Source: an uncultured Sangeribacter sp.
GTDB taxonomy: Bacteria; Bacteroidota; Bacteroidia; Bacteroidales; Muribaculaceae
Length of the DNA: 51,519 nucleotides
NCBI GenBank assembly: GCA_964439505.1
Contig: CAYTOR010000001.1
Coordinates: 1-51,519, forward strand
Direction of reading: 5' to 3'
The notes under the pieces: model-generated
Seen by the model: only the letters and a program-made list of their open reading frames with translations
Told to the model about the DNA's origin: nothing
The model's database searches: none
Shown here: positions 35,854 to 45,117 of the stretch, in pieces
Layout: the number at the start of each line of letters is the position of its first letter
How positions within the stretch are numbered: the stretch's first letter is position 1
Translations under genes and position numbers: made by a program

Positions 35854-38800
35854 CTTTTTGGCGGCTTCGCCGACGAAGGCCCGGAGGAGTTTGCGGAGGA
35901 TCAGTACCATATTGATGTTATTCTCTTCCTGTATCTGCGAGGTCACGCGTTCGGCTTTCTTGACGTTGTAATGCGCTCCGCCGAACCGGAGCTTGGGATG
36001 ATGGAACTGCCCCTCGATATTGACCGAGAAGGGGAACGGCACGGGCGACTTGTCGACGGCTATATGATAATACAGGTCGCCGTCGAGATTATTGACGCCA
36101 AGCATCCGGATCCGATAACGGTCGAACTCGAAATAGAACGGATCGAGCTGGAGAAGATTATCGTGGATCGAAGCGTGAACGTCCATATCGTGGATATGGA
36201 TCGGCCCTCCCGATTCGATGAGCATCATCCGGGTGATACGCCGTATGAAGCGCGATTGCTTGACGGTCAGGCCGCGCCCCTGCACGTTAAGGTCTACGTC
36301 AGTCGCCGGCATATTGATATACATGTCGGGGAAGATATCGGTAGAGAATGTAACTCCGGCCGAAATGTCGCCCGAGAGATTCCTCATCTCCGGCATCATG
36401 CGGATCAGCGAGGGGAATTTCTTGAAGAATCTCACGAGATCTATCTTATTTATATCCAATCCCAACCCGAGCCGCAAGGAGTCGACGTCCGAGCTGTCGT
36501 ATTTCACATTCAGTGCCGCGCTTCCGAAGCTGGAGGCAAGACTCAGATCGGGGATGTCGAGGATGCCCTTGCGCAACGCGATATCGGCCTTGACGTCGGT
36601 AAGGTTGAGATTAGTATACATAATTTCCTTGGCCGCGAGGCGGATGTCGGTCTTCAGATTGCGCGGTATAAGCAATGCGACGCTGTCTGAGGCCGTAACG
36701 GTATCGTGGCGGGGTAGATTTGCCATTCCGCCTTTAGACTCCACGTAAGCGCGCGCAAGGGCGTTGATGTTGACCGTATCGAGCGAAAGGGCGAGCGACG
36801 TCACGAGCGGGTTATCGTCAGAGGCCGGATTGAGAAGGAAGGAGCGCAGATTTCCGATGTCGGCACTGAGGTGCGCACCGGTGTTCTCAAGCATTATGTC
36901 CAGATTGGCCAGTCGGATATTGTTCTCCCCTACCTTGAGGTCAAGGTTTGAGAAATAGTTGCCCTTATGGAATCCCGGAGTACGCAGGTCAATGCGCGCG
37001 ACTTTCAGGGTAGCGTCCATCGCGTATTGATCGAAGAGCTGACTCAAGGCCTGCGGAGCCTGAAAGTCTATATACTTCGGGGTAGTCTTCAGAGCCGGAT
37101 CGGAGGCCGCGGCAACGACCGGGACGGCAGATTCCTTTGCCGGGTAGTTCTTTTCTGCGGATTCCTTTTCTGCGGACTCCTTTTCCGAGGAGCCGGTTAC
37201 GCCGGGTCCTGTACCTGTCGGGACACGGTTTGAGATTCGGCCTGAGAAGAGGATGTCGTGGAAGATCAGGTGATTCTTGCCGGAGGAAAGAGTGACGCCG
37301 GGCGAAGAGACAGTGATTCCGTCCGACAGCAGATCGAGCGCCGGGTCGCCGGTGCGTTTTGACAGCCGATCAGTAAAGAGGATCTTCTGAGATTTGACGG
37401 AGGTTGCGGAAGTGGGGTCTGTATAGGCTACGTCGCCCAATTCCCCTTCGACACTGATCGGGAGTCCCTTCATAAGCAACTCCGGGGTAAGCATCCCCTG
37501 ATAGCCGGTCTGCGTATTGAAGGATATGCGACCGACCTCGACGCGGGATTTCCCGGGGAGGGCCAGCGCCGCTGAAGCTATGCTTCCGGCAAGACTTACC
37601 TCCGGATTCAGCATCCCGTCACTATTGAACTGCTCCGTCGTCTCCTCAATCATCAGGTTGAGGTTATCGATACCCCCTTTCAGTCCGAGTTCGGGGGCGT
37701 CGACGTGCATGTTTGCCGCACGAAGATCGGCAGCCACAACGAGATCGGAAAGTCCCTCCTGTAAGCCGGCTTTGGTAAAGTCGGCGATACTGAAAGTAAG
37801 TTTTGATTTCAGGGAAATATTTCCGGAGGCCTTTACCGGAGGAGTGAACGGGAGCAGACGTAGCGAACGGGCTACGTCGGCATCCACATCGATGTTGGCC
37901 GCAATCTGAGGACGGGAGGTCAGACGGGTTATCATCAGTCCGGTCGTAACCTTTACTCCCTCTGCGGAGATAAGAAAGTCCTTTACGTCGAAATAACTCC
38001 GGTCGGGTTCCTTGCCGTCGAATACGAAGGAGGCGTCTATCGGCCCGTGATTGAGGGAATACGTGGCGTAACGGGATGAATTGCCGGATCCCGAGGGGAG
38101 GGCAACGGTATAGGAGACGGTGCCGGAGGGAATCGCGAAGTCTACATTGATCGAAGGGAGCGTTTCGCTCGAAATCCTCCATGACGAAAGGAGCCGGGCG
38201 GAGATATCTATAGGCACGTCGGCCTGAAGGCCTTGGAGCGATGGCACGAATTCCTTGGGTATATAGCCCAACAATCCGGTCAGGCTCAGATTCGAGATCT
38301 TATAGTCGAAGGATTCGATCTTGGGGTCATCCCCGATTCCGACCGACATCGACAGACGGCTCTTGAGTTCGCCCAAGTCGATCGAATAGTCGCTGAGGGA
38401 GATCCCGAAAGGATTGAAACGGAGATGAAGGTCGCCGCTGAGCATGAAAGGGAATTTATTCAGGATCTGCAGTCCGGCGGATGAAGCCGTGACAGTCCCG
38501 TCGAGTTCCATGCGGTAGGTGTTTTTCTTCACTCCGGCGCCGCGCTTGCGGATAAGATCGAGCTCATGTAGATCCAATGACGCACGGGTCTCGGTCGAAA
38601 CGGAAGAATAGGTCATCGAACCGGGATTCTTAAGCTGGATCCGTTCGGCAGAGATATACGGTACCTTCTTGAAGCCTCCCTGGGTAGTCGGGAGGATATT
38701 GTAGTTGTTGATGGAGTCGTTATAGGCCACGAGATTAAGCCGCAGGCTGTCGACACTCACGTCATGGATCACATAACGGTTCATAAAGAGGTCGACGACA

Positions 38801-39195
38801 TTGATCTCACCGGTAAAACTCCTTATCGCCGCCAAGAATCGGGATGAGTCGGGGAGCTGACGACGGATATCGGGAGAGACACTGTCGAGGCTTCGGGAGA
38901 TTACGCGGACTTCACCCGTGGTAAGCTTAAAGCGGGGGAAGGAGGACCATAGGGTATAATTGACGTCCTTGGCTTCGATATCTGCGTTGAGATAACGGCT
39001 TCCTTCCTCGTTGACGAGACGTGTCAGCCGATCGGGCGTAAGCCAGAGGGAAAGGGCGCAGAGCAGCAGGAGCGGCAGACCGATGATGACGGCCACGACG
39101 ATCCCGACCCATTTCGCCACGCGAATGTGCCGGCGCGGCTTCTCCGGAGCCGCCCCTCCTTTCGGAGTCTTCGTATGATCTTCGTTGACAGTCAT
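35842..39195 (-). CDS. AsmA-like large periplasmic protein
   Basis: 1117 aa with a single N-terminal anchor, WSSFP motif and beta-rich body. C-terminus FYFEFDRY...LYYHI...PFPFSVNI.G is typical of Bacteroidales AsmA-like proteins. Confidence 0.7.
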   Translation of the reverse strand: MTVNEDHTKTPKGGAAPEKPRRHIRVAKWVGIVVAVIIGLPLLLLCALSLWLTPDRLTRLVNEEGSRYLNADIEAKDVNYTLWSSFPRFKLTTGEVRVISRSLDSVSPDIRRQLPDSSRFLAAIRSFTGEINVVDLFMNRYVIHDVSVDSLRLNLVAYNDSINNYNILPTTQGGFKKVPYISAERIQLKNPGSMTYSSVSTETRASLDLHELDLIRKRGAGVKKNTYRMELDGTVTASSAGLQILNKFPFMLSGDLHLRFNPFGISLSDYSIDLGELKSRLSMSVGIGDDPKIESFDYKISNLSLTGLLGYIPKEFVPSLQGLQADVPIDISARLLSSWRISSETLPSINVDFAIPSGTVSYTVALPSGSGNSSRYATYSLNHGPIDASFVFDGKEPDRSYFDVKDFLISAEGVKVTTGLMITRLTSRPQIAANIDVDADVARSLRLLPFTPPVKASGNISLKSKLTFSIADFTKAGLQEGLSDLVVAADLRAANMHVDAPELGLKGGIDNLNLMIEETTEQFNSDGMLNPEVSLAGSIASAALALPGKSRVEVGRISFNTQTGYQGMLTPELLMKGLPISVEGELGDVAYTDPTSATSVKSQKILFTDRLSKRTGDPALDLLSDGITVSSPGVTLSSGKNHLIFHDILFSGRISNRVPTGTGPGVTGSSEKESAEKESAEKNYPAKESAVPVVAAASDPALKTTPKYIDFQAPQALSQLFDQYAMDATLKVARIDLRTPGFHKGNYFSNLDLKVGENNIRLANLDIMLENTGAHLSADIGNLRSFLLNPASDDNPLVTSLALSLDTVNINALARAYVESKGGMANLPRHDTVTASDSVALLIPRNLKTDIRLAAKEIMYTNLNLTDVKADIALRKGILDIPDLSLASSFGSAALNVKYDSSDVDSLRLGLGLDINKIDLVRFFKKFPSLIRMMPEMRNLSGDISAGVTFSTDIFPDMYINMPATDVDLNVQGRGLTVKQSRFIRRITRMMLIESGGPIHIHDMDVHASIHDNLLQLDPFYFEFDRYRIRMLGVNNLDGDLYYHIAVDKSPVPFPFSVNIEGQFHHPKLRFGGAHYNVKKAERVTSQIQEENNINMVLILRKLLRAFVGEAAKKKWN

Positions 39196-39244
39196 TTTGC
39201 TTTGTTTGAAGGAAAAAAATACCTTATTCTTCGCGGGGTTCTTC

Positions 39245-39387
39245 GCGGGCGCAATGTATTGCGCCCCTACCGGATTGCGATGAATTGCGTCGTTACCTTA
39301 TTCTCTGTGGACTCGATGAATCGCGTCCCTACCTTCTTGCCGGTGTAGTAGCTCATGCTTTGCGGGCGCAATGTATTGCGCCCCTAC
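39245..39387 (-). repeat. Cluster of four REP-like palindromes
   Basis: Type A at 39245-39270 and 39362-39387 (exact reverse complements of the consensus), type B at 39307-39332, and a degenerate B-like copy at 39271-39296. Confidence 0.85.
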
Positions 39388-39481
39388 CTTATGTCGGCAA
39401 TTTATATTTTAATAACATTCGTTAACGTAATCCTGTTCAACATCAATAAATAAACCCTTTCCCTGCATAGACTGACCTATC

Positions 39482-39551
39482 TTTGAAATTAAAACAAATA
39501 CCATATCTTTTAAATTTTTGAAATTAAAACAAACACCATATCTTTTAAATT
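39482..39551 (+). repeat. 35-bp tandem duplication in the leader of a small ORF
   Basis: TTTGAAATTAAAACAAAYACCATATCTTTTAAATT twice with one mismatch. Overlaps a TATCTTTG -7 box at 39478-39485. Confidence 0.85.
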
Positions 39552-39560
39552 AAAAACACC

Positions 39561-39806
39561 ATGCAAGCTACCGGAAAAAGAAAAAGCGCCGAAAAGGCGC
39601 TTGAAGAGTTTCTTATGGAGTATGTCAATTCGGGTCAGTTGGACGCGGACTTGGCTGAACTTCCCGCCTCGCAACGTATCCAGGCCGTCACCCGTCTGCT
39701 CCCCTATTGCCTGACCAAAGCGAAGGATGCCGACGATGATGACGCCGCCCCCAAAACGGGCAATGAGTCGCTTACCCTCTTCTTCTCCCGAATCAGAAAT
39801 AACTGA
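39561..39806 (+). CDS. Small hypothetical helical protein
   Basis: 81 aa with an A-rich leader (TTAAAAACACC-ATG) and an upstream -7 box. Occupies its own intergenic gap. Confidence 0.65.
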   Translation: MQATGKRKSAEKALEEFLMEYVNSGQLDADLAELPASQRIQAVTRLLPYCLTKAKDADDDDAAPKTGNESLTLFFSRIRNN

Positions 39807-39920
39807 GTATAGAGGATGACGTCAATCTCCGCCTCGAATCAGAAATAACTGAGTTTCGATGAAGATATCTATTTCAGGGTCAATCTGAAATAGCGGAGTA
39901 TAGAGGATGACGTCAATCTC
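39789..39920 (+). repeat. Interleaved direct repeats and a hairpin
   Basis: CGAATCAGAAATAACTGAGT at 39789 and 39835; GAGTATAGAGGATGACGTCAATCTC at 39805 and 39896; hairpin CTATTTCAG/CTGAAATAG at 39869-39893. Confidence 0.8.
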
Positions 39921-39938
39921 AGGGTTGAATCAGCCGCG

Positions 39939-40814
39939 TCAGCGCACGACCGTAATATGGAAGCAGGGGGACTTGATCTCGTACTTCACCATGCATCGGC
40001 CCTGACTATGAAGGTCGGCTATCACCTCGGCGAGGATATTCTTGAGGTCACCGTAGTTGGCGTTGTCAGGTCCACTGACAACGTCAAATTTGTTATAGCC
40101 GATATCGAAGGTAGTGGCGTATTGGTGGGTCGATTGCTCCGTGGCGTTGCGGTTGACGCGGCGCAGTTTCTTGACGGTCACGGGCGTACGCAGAAGGCTC
40201 GTCACGACTATCCGGTAATTTCCCCCCTTGCGGGATTTGACGGAATCCCTGAAGGCGCGCCCGATATCATGAAGCAACTGCTCTGCCTCGGGAATCAGAT
40301 AGGGATAGGAGTGAGTCAGTTCCTCGACCCGGAAATCCTCATTAGTGACGACTCTTACCAGAGGCCGCTTAGTATGATAATAGGAGCGCAGATCACTGAT
40401 CGGGTCTATCCCGAGCCGCTGAGCATGCATCATCTGGAAATGATTGGAGTCGTTAAAGACCTCGGCCAGATTGCCTAAGTATTTAGACTTCACACGCTGA
40501 CGCGGAGGTTCGGGAGGAAGGACGGGATTGCCGGCGGAGTCTACCGGCTGGACCATTACCGTATCCTCTTTCTTCGGAGTTTCGGTTGCGGAAGTATCCG
40601 CCTTCGGTGACAGAACCTGGGCCGACGACGCCGATTCCTCCGGCAGGTTGAGCTCTTCTCCATAGAGAAGCTCACGCTCCTGGTACCATTCCTCGGCCGT
40701 ATAGGATTCCTTATATTCTTTTTTGCCGTTGCCACAACCCACAACGGCCATCATCATGACGATGATGGCCGCGGCTATGGGTAAAGTTTTTGTTTTCAAT
40801 AACTTATTCCTCAT
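39939..40814 (-). CDS. DUF5715-family lipoprotein (peptidase M15-like fold, inferred)
   Basis: Lipobox VVGC, plus HSYPYL, VTSLLRT, NRNA..STHQYATTFDI and CFHITV. Confidence 0.75.
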   Translation of the reverse strand: MRNKLLKTKTLPIAAAIIVMMMAVVGCGNGKKEYKESYTAEEWYQERELLYGEELNLPEESASSAQVLSPKADTSATETPKKEDTVMVQPVDSAGNPVLPPEPPRQRVKSKYLGNLAEVFNDSNHFQMMHAQRLGIDPISDLRSYYHTKRPLVRVVTNEDFRVEELTHSYPYLIPEAEQLLHDIGRAFRDSVKSRKGGNYRIVVTSLLRTPVTVKKLRRVNRNATEQSTHQYATTFDIGYNKFDVVSGPDNANYGDLKNILAEVIADLHSQGRCMVKYEIKSPCFHITVVR

Positions 40815-41169
40815 CCGGCAACACAAATTTCACCGGAAGGGTTACTGTCTGATCTACGGCGCGTCCGCCCTTGTCGGCGGGGGTCCAGGCCGGCATCTGC
40901 TTCACCAGCCGGATGGCTTCCTGTTCCAAGTCAGGATCCAACATTCTGGCTATCTTGATCTGCCCGATCGAGCCATCGGCCTTGACGGTAAACTCCACAG
41001 TCACTATGCCTTCAATACCGTTATCCTGAGCCGGCTTGGGATATTTCATATTCTCTGAAATATACTTTTCCAACGCTTCCTGTCCTCCGGGGAAGGAGGG
41101 AGCGGAATCGGCGAAGGCCGTCGCTGTCATTACGACTGCGAATATGAGTGTCATTAATAATTTCTTCAT
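40804..41169 (-). CDS. TonB C-terminal domain protein
   Basis: Signal peptide followed by PSFPGG, MKYP..A..NGIEG.V.VEF.V and EAIRLVKQMP.W.PA. Confidence 0.88.
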   Translation of the reverse strand: MKKLLMTLIFAVVMTATAFADSAPSFPGGQEALEKYISENMKYPKPAQDNGIEGIVTVEFTVKADGSIGQIKIARMLDPDLEQEAIRLVKQMPAWTPADKGGRAVDQTVTLPVKFVLPDEE

Positions 41170-41270
41170 AGCGAGTATTTTTTAGTATAGACCCCGATTC
41201 ATGAGAAACGTTAAATCCGGACGGCAACTTTTCTACGAAACCGGGCTATTACGGAGGGAGCAATGTAAAT

Positions 41271-41801
41271 TTAAGCCGTAGTTATGGAATCGGCCAAGGA
41301 GCCACATGCGTCCTCCAGGAGGTCAAGAACGAGTTCGAAGCCTTCGGCACCCTCGTAATAGGGATCGGGGACATGGTCGAAATGGGTGAGACGGCGGGAA
41401 AAATCCGTCATCCTTACTACCTTCTCTTCCTCTTCGTCCGTGCGGGCGAAGCCTTTCAGGCCGGAGATGTTCCTGTCGTCCATACCGATTATGAGATCGA
41501 AATCCTCGAAATCGGAGTATTTTACCGGACGGCTGCGGTGAGTCAGTTCGTAGCCTCTCCTGCGGGCATGAATCCTCATGCGTTGGTCGGGGAGTTCGCC
41601 GCGGTGGCCGGCGTAAAGGCCGCCGGAGTCCAGGCTGATCTTGTCCTCCAGTCCGCGCGCCTTGAGTTCCTGCCTCATGATCTCCTCGGCCGCCGGAGAA
41701 CGGCAGATATTGCCGAGGCAGACAAACAGAATCGCTGCGTGGCCTTCGCGCTGCAGCTTATCCTTCAGGCGGTCTACGGCCTTCTCAGTTGCCGGATTCA
41801 T
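41271..41801 (-). CDS. Low molecular weight protein-tyrosine phosphatase
   Basis: VCLGNICRSP and DPYY. Confidence 0.95.
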   Translation of the reverse strand: MNPATEKAVDRLKDKLQREGHAAILFVCLGNICRSPAAEEIMRQELKARGLEDKISLDSGGLYAGHRGELPDQRMRIHARRRGYELTHRSRPVKYSDFEDFDLIIGMDDRNISGLKGFARTDEEEEKVVRMTDFSRRLTHFDHVPDPYYEGAEGFELVLDLLEDACGSLADSITTA

Positions 41802-42675
41802 CGTTAACTTCGGGCTGGGGCTCAGCCTTTGAGAGGGTGATGGTGAAGCTTACGATTTCCGGACCTTTCATGCCGTAGCGCTGCGCGAAGCGACCGAGGA
41901 GGGCATTGGCGTAAGTATGGAACGTACGGGTCTCCCCTACCTTCATCGTCAGGACGGCCTGGGTCACAGGGCCGGCATAGGTCTTGCCGACTACCATATC
42001 GGGATTATCGCGACGGTCTACGGGTTTACCCTTGTCGTTATTGATGATCATCGAGAACCCTACCGATTCTCCCTCCTTTACGACAGCACCTTCACCGCCT
42101 TTGCCGGCTTCGGCATAGAGCGACGGGTTGATAGCCTGCCATTTGGAAGCGGCTCCGGCTTTCTGAAGTTCCTGCTCGGCCGATTTGCGGTCGTCGGCTT
42201 CCTTGCGGGCCTGAAGGGCGGAAGTCACTTCCGTAAAGCCACGCTGCACGTCCCCCTTGTTGAGAATCGAATCATTCTTCAATCCGTCTTCAAAGGAGTT
42301 GATGAGGATAGATTTATTGACGGTGGTATTGAAATCGCCGGTGAAATCCTTCATCTGCATGGCGAGTTGCATACCCATGTAATAGCCTTGATTGTAGGCG
42401 TCATCGTCGCGCAGGGCATCATATCCGGCGCGCAGACCCTTCAGATAAGCATCGCGGGCCTCGCGGGATTGCATCAGGGTATCCTGACGGGCAGCCTGCC
42501 AATATTCCAGTGAGGCCACCTGGCCGACGTAATATGCTACCGAGTCACCGGCCGACATGCCGTTGTAATCCGACAGTTGACGAACTTCATTGTCGCCCTC
42601 GGATTTACCTGAGCAAGAGGCGAGGACTGCAAGGAAGAGGATAGCGGCGGAAGCCGCATATTTTCTTATCTTCAT
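41785..42675 (-). CDS. Lipoprotein with FKBP N-terminal dimerisation region and degenerate FKBP domain
   Basis: Lipobox LASC, DSVAYYVG and MKVGETR. Canonical FKBP motifs are eroded. Confidence 0.65.
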   Translation of the reverse strand: MKIRKYAASAAILFLAVLASCSGKSEGDNEVRQLSDYNGMSAGDSVAYYVGQVASLEYWQAARQDTLMQSREARDAYLKGLRAGYDALRDDDAYNQGYYMGMQLAMQMKDFTGDFNTTVNKSILINSFEDGLKNDSILNKGDVQRGFTEVTSALQARKEADDRKSAEQELQKAGAASKWQAINPSLYAEAGKGGEGAVVKEGESVGFSMIINNDKGKPVDRRDNPDMVVGKTYAGPVTQAVLTMKVGETRTFHTYANALLGRFAQRYGMKGPEIVSFTITLSKAEPQPEVNDESGN

Positions 42676-42788
42676 TATCTTCGAGATTAAATTTTCAGTT
42701 TAGAATGGACCGGAGTCTATGGCGGACTTGGCTCGTGAAGGCCGATAAAGGCCGTTACCGAAAGAGCGTCCCGGCTGATATCGTTTCC

Positions 42789-42971
42789 TTAGAGAGCTTC
42801 GGCGTCACCGGCGGCTACTGCCGAATCCATAGCTACGTCCCCTTCGGGGATGACGACACGGACGGTCTCCCCTGTCGGAACCATGTTATCAGCCGTGCGG
42901 CCCTTGCATGAGCTCAACAGTACGCACCCGAGAATAGCAGCGAAAACCGGAATCAATATCGTTTTTTTCAT
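42789..42971 (-). CDS. Small hypothetical lipoprotein
   Basis: MKK, hydrophobic stretch and LSSC lipobox, with a promoter upstream. Confidence 0.7.
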   Translation of the reverse strand: MKKTILIPVFAAILGCVLLSSCKGRTADNMVPTGETVRVVIPEGDVAMDSAVAAGDAEAL

Positions 42972-42998
42972 CTTTACAAGCTATTGAGAAAGTATCCA

Positions 42999-43029
42999 CA
43001 AAATTACAAAATTTTCGCGAGTCTGCAAA
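42999..43029 (-). promoter_or_regulatory. Bacteroidetes housekeeping-type promoter
   Basis: Minus strand reads TTTG-N19-TAATTTTG. Confidence 0.7.
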
Positions 43030-43134
43030 ACGGGGGAAATATGATTTTTATGTTTTCTCAAGCAATCCCTTACACCATAAGTCCCATCTCATCCCCCGAT
43101 ATTAAGATCAGGAATCGATCGGGTAGTTTAATAA

Positions 43135-43166
43135 AATAGCTTCCCCCGGGGATGGAGGAAGCTATT
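43135..43166 (-). terminator. Intrinsic terminator after the FKBP pair
   Basis: AATAGCTTCC/GGAAGCTATT stem with an adjacent T-rich run on the minus strand. Confidence 0.65.
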
Positions 43167-43188
43167 GATATCGTTGGGCTCATTCTGC

Positions 43189-43214
43189 GTGGGCGCAATG
43201 TATTGCGCCCCTGC
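43189..43214 (-). repeat. Single type A REP-like palindrome
   Basis: GTGGGCGCAATGTATTGCGCCCCTGC, two mismatches to the reverse complement of the consensus. Confidence 0.8.
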
Positions 43215-43225
43215 TATAGGGCCTA

Positions 43226-43816
43226 TTATTCGTTGACTTTGATAAGCTCTACCTGGAACACCAACGGGGCGTTCGGGGGGATCGGACCGCCGCCCCGCTC
43301 GCCGTAAGCGAGATTGGCGGGGATATAGAATTCATAGACAGCGCCTTCCTTCATCAACTGAAGACCCTCGGTCCAACCTGCTATCACGCCCGAGAGGGGG
43401 AAGGTAGCCGGTTCGTTGCGGGCGTAGGAGCTGTCGAACTCAGTGCCGTCGAGGTCTGTGAGTTGGCCTGCGTAATGCACCGTGACAGTATCGCTGGCTT
43501 TCGGCGATTTGCCTGTGCCCTCCTTGATGATGGCGTATTTAAGGCCCGACTCGGTCTGGACGTAAGTCGAATCAGACTCAGAAGTAGACGCGGCCTTGTT
43601 GGCGTCATTCGTGAAGAATTCAGCCGGGTAGGGCATCTTTGTCTTAGCGAGATCAACCACATTAGGAGCAGTCTCCGTAGCGGCGATGCCGGCTTCCACA
43701 CCTTCTACCGTGGAGTCCACCGTAGCCTTATCCTTGTTGCTGCATGCCGGCAAAAGCACGCAAAATGCGGCGGCAGCAAAAGTTGTCGTCGCGTTTTTAA
43801 TAACAGATTTTTTCAT
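43226..43816 (-). CDS. FKBP-type peptidyl-prolyl isomerase lipoprotein
   Basis: LPAC lipobox, SGLKY, VHYAG, FDSS, VIAGWTEGL and LAYG. Confidence 0.92.
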   Translation of the reverse strand: MKKSVIKNATTTFAAAAFCVLLPACSNKDKATVDSTVEGVEAGIAATETAPNVVDLAKTKMPYPAEFFTNDANKAASTSESDSTYVQTESGLKYAIIKEGTGKSPKASDTVTVHYAGQLTDLDGTEFDSSYARNEPATFPLSGVIAGWTEGLQLMKEGAVYEFYIPANLAYGERGGGPIPPNAPLVFQVELIKVNE

Positions 43817-43903
43817 TATCACCTTTTTCTCTTTGAAGTCGTCTTTTTTATCCGTAAATAACCTCTCAGACGAAGTTATTACTGATATCGGACTAAAGGA
43901 CCT

Positions 43904-44497
43904 TTACGCTTTCTTTACGACCTTGATGAGCTCAACCTCGAAGATGAGGGTCGAGTGCGGGGGAATCACGTTAGGAATTCCCTGAGGACCGTAGGCAAGA
44001 TCAGAGGGGATATAGAACTCATACTTAGAGCCTTCCTTCATCAACTGCACACCTTCTGTCCAACCGGGGATAACGCGGTTGAGGGGGAAGGTAGCGGGTT
44101 CGCCGCGGTTGACGCTGCTGTCGAAGACAGTGCCGTTGAGGAGCTTACCGGTATAGTGTACGGTCACTTCATCCTCGGCTGTAGGCTGAGCGCCTTCGCC
44201 TTCCTTGAGGACTTTATATTGCAGGCCGCTGGCAGTCACTTTCACGCCCTCTTTCTTAGCGTTTTCATCGAGGAACGCCTTAGCTTCGCCCTGAGCTGCC
44301 TCTGCAGCCTTCTTCTGAAGGTCTTCCAGATAGTCATTGATAAGTTTCTGAGCCTCCTCGGGAGTCATCTCCGGAGTACCGCCGTCAAAAGCCACTTTCA
44401 CACCATCCTTGAAGGAATCATACTGTACTTCCTTCACACCCATAGCTTTAAGCTGCATGCCCATGGCCAAGCCCCAGGCATAAGATAATTTATCCAT
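43904..44497 (-). CDS. FKBP-type peptidyl-prolyl isomerase (FklB-like)
   Basis: MDKLSYAWG, SGLQY, VHYTG, FDSS, VIPGWTEG and LIFEVEL. Confidence 0.95.
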   Translation of the reverse strand: MDKLSYAWGLAMGMQLKAMGVKEVQYDSFKDGVKVAFDGGTPEMTPEEAQKLINDYLEDLQKKAAEAAQGEAKAFLDENAKKEGVKVTASGLQYKVLKEGEGAQPTAEDEVTVHYTGKLLNGTVFDSSVNRGEPATFPLNRVIPGWTEGVQLMKEGSKYEFYIPSDLAYGPQGIPNVIPPHSTLIFEVELIKVVKKA

Positions 44498-44633
44498 TTT
44501 CTTTATAAATTTTATATTAGTAATTTCAGTTTCTAAGTTATTAAAAATAACCCTTCTTGAGGTTTCAATGTTATAACAATAACCGGAGCCCTAATGGCTC
44601 AGTATATAAGTATTTTTAACAATCACAAAAACC

Positions 44634-45017
44634 ATGCCAACTTTTCAATCAACATGGCAATCACATCTGCCTGAAGATGAGATCGGACGCCAGCAAGCCA
44701 TGAAGGAGCGTCTTCATCCCGGACTCCGGGTCCGTCTGATTTTCGACGGACTCGACCTCGGGGAATTCGTCTATTCCGGTCTCTGGGATACGATGCATGC
44801 TTTCTATCCTCATCCTGAGAATCCTCTGGCGGAGAATCCCCTCTCGGCAGCCCCGCTTCACGATGCCCTCCCGGAGAATCCCCTGGCCTCAGCCTCTTTT
44901 CGCGATGTCCTACCGGAATCGCGCCGACGTTACGCCCGCCGCGATCTGCGCGGCCGCGAATTCATCCAGCTCCCCTATACCATCCTGGCCGACGTCATCC
45001 AGCTTCCCAATCCTTGA
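44634..45017 (+). CDS. Hypothetical protein with internal ENPL repeats
   Basis: 127 aa with an A-rich leader (AATCACAAAAACC-ATG). Fills the gap between the FKBP gene and manC. Confidence 0.55.
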   Translation: MPTFQSTWQSHLPEDEIGRQQAMKERLHPGLRVRLIFDGLDLGEFVYSGLWDTMHAFYPHPENPLAENPLSAAPLHDALPENPLASASFRDVLPESRRRYARRDLRGREFIQLPYTILADVIQLPNP

Positions 45018-45117
45018 TCCCTTTGATCAAGGATTAGCCCCATCTCCGCAGAGCCCCTCTCCTCCCTCCTTTACCGGGAGGATAGTTCTGTGGTAAAGCT
45101 TTAGCTTTACGCCTAAA

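Noticed and set aside
35839-36690. 283-aa + strand ORF
   Set aside because: Antisense shadow of the AsmA-like gene.
37125-37190. KESAE repeats in the AsmA-like protein
   Set aside because: A short in-frame 15-bp expansion in a disordered linker, which is common and probably neutral.
39245-39387. REP cluster read as a mini-CRISPR
   Set aside because: Spacing is irregular, subtypes are mixed, and the same units are dispersed in other intergenic regions.
41271-41801. LMW-PTP as a capsule Wzb
   Set aside because: It sits in a separate opposite-strand operon with no Wzc or Wza nearby, so a capsule link is unsupported.
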